A stretch of DNA of 49,068 nt from an uncultured Candidatus Peribacteria bacterium (GCA_964518815.1 CAZFLS010000001.1:1-49068), one strand, 5' to 3'. Shown: positions 1-10,378, counted from the first letter of the stretch. Notes: generated from the sequence alone by a model not told the origin. Program-made: numbers and translations.

Positions 1-188
1 CTTATAAATGATTTCATATTCTTTATGATTACGATAACGAATGTAATTTTATTACACCTGAATTACATAAAAAAATTAATAATTTTTTAATTAAAAAATT
101 TAACTGAGATGAGAAAGCAAAAGACCTATCAAGAGTTTATAGAACTTTAGGATATATAGATTTTAAGAATAAGAAAGATTTTAAAATA

Positions 189-1562
189 ATGAGTTTTTAT
201 TTTAAAGGCAGATTTGGTTTTGATGATAAAAATAATAAGCTTATTTCAAAAAAAGTAATTACAGAAAAATTTAAACTTAAGTATGAAGAAAGGAATATTA
301 ATGATTTAAAAATCAAATATAATAAATTTCAAGAAAAGCTAGAAAAAGAGAAAATAAGAAAAATGGAATATTATGAGAGGATTAAAATAAATATTAATAA
401 AATAGATCAAATCGATAGTTTAGAATTTATTGATAAATTAAAAAAATATTTTAATAATTCTGTATTGCAAAATAAAGACCCTGCTTATACAAAAGAAAAT
501 ATTACGCTAATAAAAAATAGATTGAAAATTAATTTTCAAGAAAAAAATAAAAATAATAAATTTTATGAAGATGATTGAAAAAATACTACTTCGGGTCTAT
601 TTTTATCTAAATCAGAAGACAATACTGGTTATCAATTAAAAGATTTTTCAAAACATGAAAGAAGTAGAAATTACAATTTTTTAAAAAACTGGGTTTTAAA
701 AGATATAAAAGTATCATGAAAAGAAATGGGAAATATTTTATATTATACAACCTGAATTGCATTAAATGCAAAGAATGAAAAAAATTCACCAATTGATAAA
801 AAAGTATTTTTAGATGCTTTATATTCAAAATTAATTTTGCCCGAAAATAACGATCAAAAAGAAAATGAAAATTGATTATCTATTATTACAAAACTTAACT
901 ATCCAGCCTGATTTTTAAAAATTTTCATTGGATTTATGCATTATATTCACGAAAATATTTCGAGTAATAATTTAAAAGTAAATAATGATTCAAATTGAAT
1001 CGAATATATAATTGAAGTTAATAAACTCTTAAAAAATGTTTTTAATATTTACTCAAAGTCAAGCCTAGAACATAATAAAAAACTGTTTTATAAAATTATT
1101 GAAATAATCTCTAAGGTAAAGATAGAGATAAAACATAAAAACAATTATTCAAAGGAAACAATATTAATTTTTACTAAGCTTGAAAAGGCAAAACAATGAA
1201 GAAATGATATTTTAATAATAAAATGATCAAACAATAATATTAAATTTTCTAATAATTCAGCTTTTTTTAATAAAGAAATACTTACTTTTCAAAAAGGATT
1301 TGCAGATACGAAAATTACAGACTTATTTCTACTAATAAATTGATTACTAAATTCAATCTCTCATGATTTATCGTACTCTTTAGATGTAATATACAAATAT
1401 TTAAATTACAATCATGCAAGCAAATCGGTATTGCAAACATTAAAAAAACATTTAAATAAATGAAAGAAAAAGGCTTTTTTTAAATATTATGAGATTAAAG
1501 ACGGTAAAATTGCATTTTCTAAAAGAGAAAAAAGTATAAGTAATAAGACAAAAAATAAATAA
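189..1562 (+). CDS. hypothetical protein (457 aa with TGA=Gly)
   Basis: ORF-track fragment 189..578 continues in the same frame through multiple in-frame TGA codons to TAA at 1560-1562. Lys/Asn-rich, no motif recognised. Confidence 0.55.
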
Positions 1563-1706
1563 TTTAATTAAAATTTTTACTTATCTAATCCTATTATTAC
1601 TAGATAAAAAATTTAAAGCCAAAAAAAACTTGACTTTCATAACAAAAAGAATAATATAGTTATGAATATATATTCACAATTAATTTTATTTCTTAACAAT
1701 ATTACT

Positions 1707-1964
1707 ATGCCATACTTAGATTGAACAGGTCCGGCTGGGCAAGGTCCTAAGACAGGACGAGGTTTTGGTTCTTGTTCTGGAAACCAGCAAGTAAACACTT
1801 TGGGTTATGGAAGATGAATGGGTATGTGAAGATGAAGATGATTAAGATGTTGTGATGTTGGATTTTGAAATGTTCAAGCATCTTTGGAAGATCAAGAAAA
1901 ATTTTTAGAAGGCAGATTAGATGCTGTTCGTAAACTTAAAAAAGAATCTAACTCCAAAAAATAA
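1707..1964 (+). CDS. DUF5320-family protein
   Basis: MPYLDGTGPAGQGPKTGRGFGSCSG...GYGRGMGMGRGRG matches the MPxxDGTGPxGxGPxTGRGxG signature. Several Gly in the GRG repeats are TGA codons. C-terminal coiled coil. An in-frame ATG at 1662 is an alternative start. Confidence 0.8.
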
Positions 1965-2239
1965 TGGTACGACCTAGATTATGTAGAAGAGTTCTTCTAG
2001 ACCCAAAAGTGACATTTTATAAACCTCAAGGTATCCCGCTTAGTACATTGAAAGTAATAGAACTTTCACATGAAGAGTGGGAAGCTTTGAGGTTAAGACA
2101 TATAGAATGATTAGATCAAATAAAATCTGCCAAAAAGATGAATACTTCTCAAAGTACTATGCAAAGGATTTTAGCTTCTGCTCATAAAAAGCTATGAGAA
2201 GCTATCGTAAAAGGTTTAGCAATTAAAATTATTAAATAA
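1964..2239 (+). CDS. DUF134 (UPF0251) predicted DNA-binding protein
   Basis: MVRPRLCRRVLLDPKVTFYKPQGIP...LSHEEWEALRLRHIEGLDQIKSAKKMNTSQSTMQRIL is the typical DUF134 pattern. The start overlaps the upstream stop (TAATG). Confidence 0.8.
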
Positions 2240-2240
2240 T

Positions 2241-2522
2241 ATGGATAAATCAAAAATAAACTATGTAATTGATACTCTTATGTTTATATTCTTTTTTATT
2301 ACCTCAATTACAGGATTAATTATTTTTTTCTTTTTACCTAGTGGTGTAAGACAAGGAAGATTTCAAGAGTTTATGTGAATTACAAAAGAAGTTTGGAATT
2401 TTATTCATGTTTGGTCATGAATTTTGATAATAATTTTTGTTATATTGCATTTGATTTTGCACTATAATTGGATTATTTGTATGACAAAAAATTTATTTTC
2501 CAAAAAGAATTGTAAAAATTAA
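2241..2522 (+). CDS. DUF4405-like small membrane protein
   Basis: 93 aa with two hydrophobic helices and HVWSGILIIIFVILHLILH. It sits in the usual position next to DUF134/DUF5320 genes. Confidence 0.6.
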
Positions 2523-2548
2523 ATATTTATAATTTATTACCAAAATTT

Positions 2549-3613
2549 ATGAAAAAATTTATTCTTTCAATCATTTTATTGAATACCTTTTTGTTTGTAT
2601 TCTCATTTAATGCATTTGCTCAAAGTGGTGATATGATTTTGTTTTATTGAAATGGATGTCCTCATTGTGCAAAAGTTGAAGATTATATTAAAAGCAATAA
2701 TTTAAATTTAAATATAGAACAAAAGGAAGTTTATCAAAACAAAAATAATGCAAATGAATTTAATAAGATTTGTGATAAGGAAAATATTTCTTTGATGGAC
2801 AGATGAGTACCTTTTTTGTATTCCAAATGACAATGTTTTATCTGAGATAAACAGATTATCTCATATTTAAGCGAATTTAAAGGTAATATTTCCAAAGAAG
2901 AATGAAAAAAAGAAGAGCAAGTAAAAAAAGGTTTTTCTGATTCTTTAACTATACCATTTTTAATTTGAGCCGCTTTGGTAGACGCTATAAATCCATGTGA
3001 ATTTGCTGTATTACTAATATTAATGACTACGATTCTTGCTTCATGAAACAGAAAAAGAGCTTTATTATCAGGATTAGCATATTCTTTATCTATTTTTATT
3101 TCGTATTTTTTAATGGGGCTTGGTATTTATTCTATAATTTTAAGTGTAGAAACTTCCACTATCTTTATTAAAATTATATGATGTATAGCAATTCTTCTTT
3201 GAATTTTTAACCTCAAAGATTATTTTTGGTATGGTAAATTTTTCGTAATGGAAGTTCCTCTTAGTTGGAGACCAAAATTAAAATCACTTGTAAGATCAAT
3301 TACATGACCAATTAGCGCCTTTTTTATATGAATTTTGGTTAGTTTATTTTTGCTACCTTGTACAAGCTGACCTTATATTGTAATCTTAGGTATGCTTTGA
3401 CATAATGAAACTTACTTAAAAGCAGTTTTATTATTACTACTCTATAATGTTATATTTATACTGCCAATGATTGGTATTACAATTTGAACTTATTTTTGAA
3501 TGAATGTAGAAAAGGCAGAAGAAAAAAGAACTAAAAGTTTACAATTACTTCATTTAATTGCTTGAATAATTATGTTGATAATGTGAATTGTATTGGTAAC
3601 AGGAATTTTTTAA
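2549..3613 (+). CDS. thioredoxin-fold domain fused to CcdA/DsbD-type thiol-disulfide transmembrane transporter
   Basis: Signal-like N-terminus, then a GNGCPHC redox motif. This is followed by multiple TM helices carrying DAINPCEF and LLPCTSGPY (DsbD_2/CcdA conserved Cys). Many TGA=Gly codons. Confidence 0.75.
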
Positions 3614-3659
3614 TTATTGTAGTTAAATTATTAAAAAACATCTTAAAAAAAGATTTGTA

Positions 3660-3767
3660 TATATACCCAAGAAAACCCAGTTGTCCGACGCTCGCCAGAG
3701 GCGAACTAGCACCAACAAATGGTTTTGAAAATGAAAAATCGGAAAACCAATTTTGTTTGGGTATATA
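3660..3767. ncRNA. candidate structured RNA of unknown class
   Basis: 11-bp closing helix TATATACCCAA (3660-3670) / TTGGGTATATA (3757-3767). It encloses a locally GC-rich hairpin TCGCC-AGA-GGCGA and a second hairpin CAAATGGTTTT...AAAACCAATTTG. Lies in non-coding DNA and is followed by a terminator-like hairpin. Confidence 0.35.
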
Positions 3768-3772
3768 AACTC

Positions 3773-3800
3773 AAAACAAGCAATCATATCTGCTTGTTTT
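3773..3800. terminator. hairpin terminator (bidirectional geometry)
   Basis: AAAACAAGCA-ATCATATC-TGCTTGTTTT, a 10-bp stem with A/T runs on both sides. Confidence 0.5.
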
Positions 3801-4082
3801 AAAAATATCTTTTACTTGATTTTTTTAGGCAAAAGAGTAGAGCTCATAAGCATTATTTTATATTACAAATTTAATAAACAATCACGAATTGGTTAATAAG
3901 AAATTAAGAAGAACGTAAAATTAAAGTATGTCTATATAATAATTTTTTCATTTTTCTAAATAACTATAAAATAGTAAAGGTTTCTTTGAAAAAAGATCCC
4001 AACCTTTTGTGACGCTTTTTTGGTTTAAAAAAGGTGTAGCTTCCAGGATTTTAATCCTAGGCAGCCATTTTTATTAGTTTTT

Positions 4083-4247
4083 ATGACTAATAGAGAAAAT
4101 AGAGCTTTCAGTAAGAAGGTTCGTAAATCTCAATTCCTTCTTAATGGGGATATATTTCGAGAGGAATATATAAAGTGTTTCTTAGATGTTCTTTTTGAGA
4201 AAAACTTGATTGAGATTAATTCGACTTTCTATACTGATGAGTTCTAG
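4083..4247 (+). CDS. small hypothetical protein (54 aa)
   Basis: ATG..TAG ORF, MTNRENRAFSKKVRKSQFLLNGDIFREEYIKCFLDVLFEKNLIEINSTFYTDEF. It is directly followed by a 10-bp hairpin. Confidence 0.35.
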   Translation: MTNRENRAFSKKVRKSQFLLNGDIFREEYIKCFLDVLFEKNLIEINSTFYTDEF

Positions 4248-4251
4248 TAAA

Positions 4252-4279
4252 AAGAAGAGGCTTTTAATGGCCTCTTCTT
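4252..4279 (+). terminator. hairpin after small ORF
   Basis: AAGAAGAGGC-TTTTAATG-GCCTCTTCTT, perfect 10-bp stem with a weak T tail. Confidence 0.45.
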
Positions 4280-4392
4280 TGAAATTTTAAATAAAAACTT
4301 TCTTTTTAGAAAAAATAAATAAACTTATTGGGTACTTTTGGCATTAATTACTGATAAATCTAGAAAGTATACTATTTATTTAACTATTTTTT

Positions 4393-6096
4393 ATGAAATC
4401 AAATAATACAATTATCAATACTGATAATAGCCAAGTTTATGCTGCTATATATTGTAGAGTAAGTACAGAAGAACAAGCAAACAATAGAATTAGTCTTCAT
4501 GATCAAGAGCAAAGATGTTTAGATAGGGCTAAACAACTTGGATATATTGTTAAACCAAAACATATTTTTCGAGATGAATGAATTAGTGGAACTTCGATCG
4601 ACAAAAGACCAGGTATGATAGAACTTCTTTCATCTATTACATGATCAAAATTTCAGAAATTCAATGATATCAATATTAGTGCGATTATTTCATTGAGTAT
4701 GGATCGTATTTCCCGTAACCATTACGATTATTTATTTTTTAAAAAGCTTTTAGAAAAACATTCGGTAAAATTTATTAGTATTGAACAAGAATACATTGGT
4801 CAAAATCAAGATGATATGGTTGCTGATCTTCTTGAAAATATTATTTCTATTTTTAATGAACTGCTAGTAAAAATTACTGCTAAAAAAACTTCTTTTGCTA
4901 TGGAAAGAAAAGTTTTGGATTGATGGCTTCCTTGACAAGCACCATTTGGCTATATGAATGTAAATATTGGATCAGATGAAAAACCAGAAAGAGTTATACG
5001 TGTTAATGAAGAAGAATCAAAAATAGTCCAAGAAATGTATAATAAATACGCCCAATGAAATTGTTCTTATTCTGATCTTACAAAATATCTCAAACAAAAG
5101 GGTTTTACAAATAAAAATGGGAAGCTTTTCGCCAAAAGTTCAGTAAACAAAATTTTAAATAATATTTTTTATACAGGAAAAATTCTTTTCAAAAATAAAG
5201 TCTATGATTGAAAACATGCGCCTATAATTAGCCAAGAATTGTTTGATAAAGTTTCTCGATTAAGTAAAGAAAGAGATCAAAATTCATTTCATCAGAAGAA
5301 ATATTATCATTATCTTTTAAAGGGTTTAATATATTGCCAAAAAACAGGCAATCCTTACTCTGCTACAAGGACTTTTAAAAAAGCTAAGGATTATACAAAG
5401 GAATATTACTTTCCAATAAAAACAAAGCAACCTGAGTGAAACCTTGATTCAAAAGAATATCAATATCTTATAAAAGGTCAATATATCGAAGTGGAAGTAT
5501 TAGAAAAAATGGTTGAAGAAGAAATAAAAAAAATAAAAATAAATTCAGATTACCTAGACCAACTAACAGAAAAAGCTCGTTCTATGTTTGAGGATCAAAA
5601 TAAGGTGAATCGTCTTGAAGAATCAAATTTAAGAAAACAGATTCGGGATATACAGTTACAAATGGAAAAACTTGAAGAAAAATATATTGAAACTAAAACT
5701 ATTTCCGATGATGTTTATACTAGATTGCATTGAAAATATGAAGATAATAAAAAGAAGCTTGAAACACAGATGAATAATAAGAGAAAAATCATAGAAATTC
5801 AAAAAACTGACTTCGATAAACTTCTTAAAATTATGAAAGATCCATATACTCTTTATAAAAATACAGATACAACAGAAGGAAAAACTAAACTATTAAAACT
5901 TATTTTTGAAAAGATTTTCGTTTACAACAAAAAAATCCAGAAGGTTCAGTACACTAGTAGTATACGTGATCTTCTAGATAATCAAGCGGTTTTGTTTCGC
6001 AAAACATGGCTCCCAATAGTTGAGGAAGTTAGAAATGTTTTTAAAGAGTTAAATTGATTTGTTTACATACCAAATTTAAATCATTCCAATTTTTAA
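4393..6096 (+). CDS. large serine recombinase (integrase), 567 aa
   Basis: YCRVSTEEQ catalytic Ser motif. FRDE-G-ISGTS and GWLPGQAPFGY with Gly as TGA. VYDGKHAPIISQELFDKV recombinase-domain motif and a C-terminal coiled coil. Five ORF-track fragments share one frame, joined by TGA. Confidence 0.9.
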
Positions 6097-6112
6097 TTCA
6101 CCTATGTATTTT

Positions 6113-7108
6113 CTATAATTTAGAAATTTTTTGAAAAATAATCTTATATAAAGATCTAACACAAAATCAAACTTGCTTAATATTGTTTTTAATATTATTT
6201 AAAGACTCAAATTCATTTCTAGTAACAATATAGATACTTTGGGTTTTTATTTTGGATAAATTTGAATACCATTTTTTTACTCTTTTTAGATATTCTTTTG
6301 AATAATAAGGTCTTTCTTCTGGATATAATTTTTCAAGAAGTTTTTGATCTTCAAATATCTCAACTTCATCAACAATTGTAACTTTGTTATTTAAATTATT
6401 AGTTATTATTTTATCACAACCTTCAAAATATTTTGTTTTAATTCAATTATTTTGTAAATAAGAAATAAGAATGTTTTTAACAAACCAGGTTTTTCAAGAA
6501 TCAGTTTTTCATGCTAGTAGAATATTATGACCTTTTAACAAATTTATATAAATTTCATTAGCTAAGATTAATAAATTATAATCATTCTTTAATAAACTAA
6601 ACACTAATTCATTTTTAAATTCTTTATTTCTCAAAATACTTTTTCTTAATAAACCCTCATAAATAAAATTATTATTTTTAATTAATTTTATTGAATCTAT
6701 ATTTTCCTCTTCAATATTTGCATAAATCCTATTAAGTTTTAGATTTTTAAAAGAGTATTTTAAAATTAATTGGATCGCTTCTGTTGCTAATCATTTTTTC
6801 CAATATTCTTCTCATAACCAAAATAACAATCCTGCTTTTTTATTATCTATATCAAAATCTATTAAATCAATTTCTCCTATTATTTTATTAGAATCTTTTA
6901 AAATTATTCAAAAACAAAATTCTTCCTTATTATTAAATTTTTTAATCTTAGATTTAATATATTTTTTAGTCTCATTTAATGATAATCATCATCAGAACCA
7001 ATAATTTATTTTTTTATTTTTAAATAAATTAAAGATGTCTTGAGTATCTTTATCTTTCAACTGTCTTAATATTATTCTATTACTGATTAATTCAATACTT
7101 TTATCCAT
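6113..7108 (-). CDS. GNAT N-acetyltransferase (RimJ/RimL-like) fused to a small P-loop NTPase
   Basis: The N-terminal half resembles GNAT (..IGEIDLIDFD..AGLLFWLGEEYWKKGLATEAIQLIL..RIYANI..N..S). The C-terminal half has Walker A LLAGKTDSGKTW (both Gly are TGA) and Walker B VTIVDEVE. 996 nt in one frame. Confidence 0.65.
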
Positions 7109-7178
7109 AAATAATTAACTTATAATTTAAAGTAGTTAAATATTAATCAAAAATTCTTAAAAAACAAAAAAATAATTA

Positions 7179-7211
7179 AATAGGGCGAGTTATTAATTAA
7201 CCCACCCTATT
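7179..7211 (-). terminator. rho-independent terminator after precursor gene
   Basis: On the minus strand, AATAGGGTGGG..loop..CTCGCCCTATT is followed by a long T-rich tail (TAATTATTTTTTTGTTTTTT). Confidence 0.6.
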
Positions 7212-7259
7212 ATATTTCGTAAATACTGAAAAAATATTCTCGCAGAATTTATAAGTCCG

Positions 7260-7382
7260 CTATTTTCTACAAGAAATATTTCTCAACATTTTACAGTTTG
7301 CACGGCCCTTCGATTGTTTTGACCCGCACGCCTGGATGTTTACACCTTTTGTAACTTTTACTTTTTTGATTTGTTTTTTCAT
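7260..7382 (-). CDS. candidate RiPP precursor peptide, 40 aa, polycationic, three Cys
   Basis: AAGGAG Shine-Dalgarno sits 8 nt upstream of the ATG. Sequence MKKQIKKVKVTKGVNIQACGSKQSKGRANCKMLRNISCRK, stop TAG, terminator downstream. Starts 72 nt after the radical SAM gene stop. Confidence 0.6.
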   Translation of the reverse strand: MKKQIKKVKVTKGVNIQACGSKQSKGRANCKMLRNISCRK

Positions 7383-7454
7383 TTCATTAAACTCCTTTAA
7401 GATTTATTTTTGAACATTTTTACATCACTTTACCTATTTGTTTTTATTATATAA

Positions 7455-8762
7455 CTATTTTTCACCTCCTTTCATAAAAAACTTAGTTACATCACACTTA
7501 TGAGAAGATGGTATTCTATAATCTCCATTCTCTATCAGTGCGACACCTATACAACTATCACAAAAATCTCTTATTTTGCAATTCATGCATTTCGGTATTT
7601 CTGTAATACTAAACTTATTAAGGAATTTGTATTTATTTTTTAGAATCTCATTAAGAGGTAATTTTCTTATATTTCCCATTACTATCCTTAAGTCAAGACA
7701 AGGATATACATTGCCGTCCGAACCTATAGCTATTTGATCTTTACCAGCAAAACAAACAGTTTTGTCGTTTGCACAATTTCTGTATTTTTTTTGTTCAGTA
7801 AAACCATTGATTTTTTTTAAAAATGGTGCAAATTTTTCTTTCAATTCTTTCGCTGATAGTCTTAATTCTATCCCGTATTCTAAGCCCTTTCTGTTTGGAG
7901 TAATGTATGGAGAATAAGAAACATTAACATCCCCAATCTTTTTGATTTTTTCGTGAATTTGTTCAATTTCATCAATATTATGTTTACCAACCATTACAGA
8001 TAGCGATACCGGAATACCGTTATCAATCATTTTTTTTATGGTGTCTGATAATTTACTAAAACTATAGTTTGTAGAGGTAATACCAGAAAACCCATCTTTG
8101 GTTTCATATATTGAAATTTGTAAATCTAAAAGATTTAGGTGTTTAAGTTTTTTGATTATCGTTTCATTGATAATCGTGCCGTTGGTTTTTATTTCCAAAC
8201 AAAAACCCATTTTATTATATGCAGACAATATTTCAAGAGCATCTTTTCTTAAAAATAACTCCCCTCCTGTGAATAAAACAGATACCACTCCCAAATCTTT
8301 TAATTGACGACCCAGATTTATTATAGTGTCTTTATCTAAACCTTTCTCAGTAAAATTATCCAAATAACAAAACTTACATCTTTGATTACAGTTGTTAGTA
8401 AGCTCTATGGATGCGTTAATAATCTGATCGTTTTGAATTGCATACTCGATTAATTTATCAAAAGCATTACCTCTAACGTCTACATTATCTACTTCTTTTT
8501 TATCAGAAGTGCTTTTGGCTTTTGCTTTCTTAGATATAAATGTTGCTACTATTTTTTTAATTTCTCTGTACATCTTTTTTATCTCTTTATGATCTTTTTT
8601 TTCATAGGCATCCAAATATTTCCTTTCAAGCTTGTAGTTTGGATTACTTAAAAAAATTAAAGCAATTTCTGACAATGAACCCTCAATAAAAAGAGAAGAT
8701 AAATCTTTGGTATCAAAAATAAAAACACCGTCATTATATTTTCTTGTAATAAATCTTTTCAT
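7455..8762 (-). CDS. radical SAM / SPASM-domain peptide maturase with N-terminal PqqD-like (RRE-like) region
   Basis: Intact 435-aa ORF even in the standard code. CNQRCKFC (CxxxCxxC) and GGELFL motifs. C-terminal Cys cluster CFAGKD..DGNVYPC..CMNCKIRDFCDSC..HKC is typical of SPASM. Confidence 0.85.
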   Translation of the reverse strand: MKRFITRKYNDGVFIFDTKDLSSLFIEGSLSEIALIFLSNPNYKLERKYLDAYEKKDHKEIKKMYREIKKIVATFISKKAKAKSTSDKKEVDNVDVRGNAFDKLIEYAIQNDQIINASIELTNNCNQRCKFCYLDNFTEKGLDKDTIINLGRQLKDLGVVSVLFTGGELFLRKDALEILSAYNKMGFCLEIKTNGTIINETIIKKLKHLNLLDLQISIYETKDGFSGITSTNYSFSKLSDTIKKMIDNGIPVSLSVMVGKHNIDEIEQIHEKIKKIGDVNVSYSPYITPNRKGLEYGIELRLSAKELKEKFAPFLKKINGFTEQKKYRNCANDKTVCFAGKDQIAIGSDGNVYPCLDLRIVMGNIRKLPLNEILKNKYKFLNKFSITEIPKCMNCKIRDFCDSCIGVALIENGDYRIPSSHKCDVTKFFMKGGEK

Positions 8763-9053
8763 ATTTTGCCCCCAAATTTTTATTTTATTTTATTTTTGTT
8801 TTTAGAAATTATATGTTAATGAGCATTGTTTGACTAATTCATTATTCCTTAATAACCAATAAATTACTGTATATGTACAATAACTAAAATTTAAAAAAGT
8901 CAATACTTATTTACCTATAATTACTGATTTTTGGAGAATGAATTTGATTTCAACGACTTTTATTTTAAAAGAATAAACATTAGAAATAAATGGTTCATAC
9001 CAATCCAGAATTACCAGACTGAATTAAAAAGAGAATATCAAAGGTTAGAACCA

Positions 9054-9088
9054 ATAAAAAAAGGCATCAGTATGCAAAATACTGACAC
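9054..9088 (-). terminator. rho-independent terminator
   Basis: Minus strand reads GGTGTCAGTAT-TTTGC-ATACTGATGCC followed by T7. Lies downstream of the 9191..9745 gene. Confidence 0.65.
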
Positions 9089-9190
9089 CTTTTCTTCTTT
9101 AATTCCATCTTGGCTCCACCTACCGAATATATTGCGAACTAAATATTACTCACAGATTTTGGAATTAGGAAGGTTAAGGTTTGCTATTAG

Positions 9191-9745
9191 TTAGTCATTA
9201 CCAAAATCAATAACCTCATCTTTAGGAAGTCTTTTCATAATACCGTCTGCTAATTCTTGTATTTCATTTGCTTTTGGATGTTTAGTACTTAATTCTCTTA
9301 CTTTTTGTACCATATTATCAGACATATATTCTTTCAATAACTTATAAAATCTTTGTTTTATTTCATTATTTTCAAAAGCGCTATCTAGACTTTTTTCTAA
9401 TATCATCTTTTTTTGTTCCTCATTACAATTTCAAAGTAAGTTAGGATTAACTAAAATAAATATTCTACCTATATATTCTTTTAAAAATTCAAAATCATCA
9501 AATCTAGGATAAAAAGTACTAATATTATTCATATAAAAATTTAAACGATTGAGAAAAGTATCATAAGTAAAATTAATAATTTCTAACTTACTTTCTTCTT
9601 TTTCATCTTTCATTTCTAAAGAAACAAAATTATCTCTATTATTAGTTTCAATTGTTGAAATAAAAAAATTTATATTATTAACAATATCTTTTTCTTGTTC
9701 AACTGATTCTGATATAGAAGTATGATTTGCTTGTGGCTTATCCAT
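9191..9745 (-). CDS. hypothetical protein (184 aa)
   Basis: ORF-track fragments 9431..9745 and 9191..9406 are in one frame, joined through TGA at 9431-9433. Confidence 0.55.
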
Positions 9746-9808
9746 AAAAATTATAGATTATTTAAATAAATTAATCTATTTCTTAACTCTCTATTATTAA
9801 AATTAATC

Positions 9809-10366
9809 CTATGTATCCTTAATACCACTGCTAATTAATAAATCCAAATCTTTTTTAATTTGTTCATCTTCCTTTTCTTTCTGAATTACACTATCTTTTC
9901 TATAATCCATTATTTCTACATAAGTCCGAGAGGCATTAAATAAATATTTTTCTGATAGATTAAGAAACCTTTCTTCTATTTCTTTATTTCATCAAAAAAC
10001 TTCTTTAAGAGGTTTTTTTAAATAAAAGTTTTCAAAAAGTTTAACAATATAATTTTTTACAAATATAAAATCTCAATAATCTTTATACTTATTTTTATCA
10101 ATATCTTCAATAAATTTATCAATTTTTAACATAAACATATCAAAATACCTTTTAATCCATTCTTCTTTCTCTGCTTTTAATTCAGTAATATCGCCTTTTC
10201 ATCTCAAATATCAGGGATAAAAATTCTCGCCTAAATTTTCTAAAATGGTTTTCCTAAAGAAAGTAAAGTCTCTATCTATATCCATATCATATTCTGCCTT
10301 TTCTTCTGTTTCAGCTACTATTTTAGTAGTTTTAGATAGTCAATCATTTATATTATTTACTCACAT
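9809..10366 (-). CDS. hypothetical protein (185 aa)
   Basis: ATG..TAG, 558 nt in frame with several TGA=Gly codons. Lies 12 nt downstream of the preceding gene. Confidence 0.5.
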
Positions 10367-10378
10367 AATTATAAAAGG

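Noticed and set aside
1-188. Short inverted repeat ATGTAATT...AATTACAT (about 41-68) and a 13-codon ORF at 109
   Set aside because: An 8-bp AT-only repeat is expected by chance in this composition. The ORF is too short and is out of frame with the downstream gene.
3660-3767. SRP (4.5S) RNA or preQ1-I riboswitch identity for the structured element
   Set aside because: An AGCA is present. However, the conserved GGUCAGGUCC-GNRA-GGAAGCAGCC geometry of SRP helix 8 is absent, as is the preQ1 P1/CCUCU pairing with its A-rich tail. It is kept only as an unknown-class candidate.
3562-3768. 68-aa ORF spanning the end of the CcdA gene and the structured element
   Set aside because: It overlaps the better-supported CcdA frame and then runs through the hairpin region. 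No independent coding signal.
4021-4075. Possible degenerate copy of the tRNA-Asn T-arm and 3' end (GCTTCCAGGATTTTAATCCTAGGCAGCC) as the far att repeat of the island
   Set aside because: Similarity to CTGGATTCGAACCAGCGACC is only patchy, the stem is bulged, and there is no acceptor-stem match. Not convincing without an empty-site comparison.
9113-9119. Third copy of TGGCTCC (7 of the 8 nt shared by the tRNA and recombinase junction), near the edge of the TGA-free module
   Set aside because: A single 7-mer match has a chance expectation of a few tenths per window by rough estimate, and there is no flanking similarity. Noted but not used.
8931-9194. 87-aa TTG-initiated, TGA-free ORF divergent from the rSAM gene
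   Set aside because: It has no ATG or Shine-Dalgarno, contains the minus-strand terminator hairpin (9062-9088) inside it, and overlaps the convergent gene end. It could belong to the acquired module, but the evidence is insufficient to call it.
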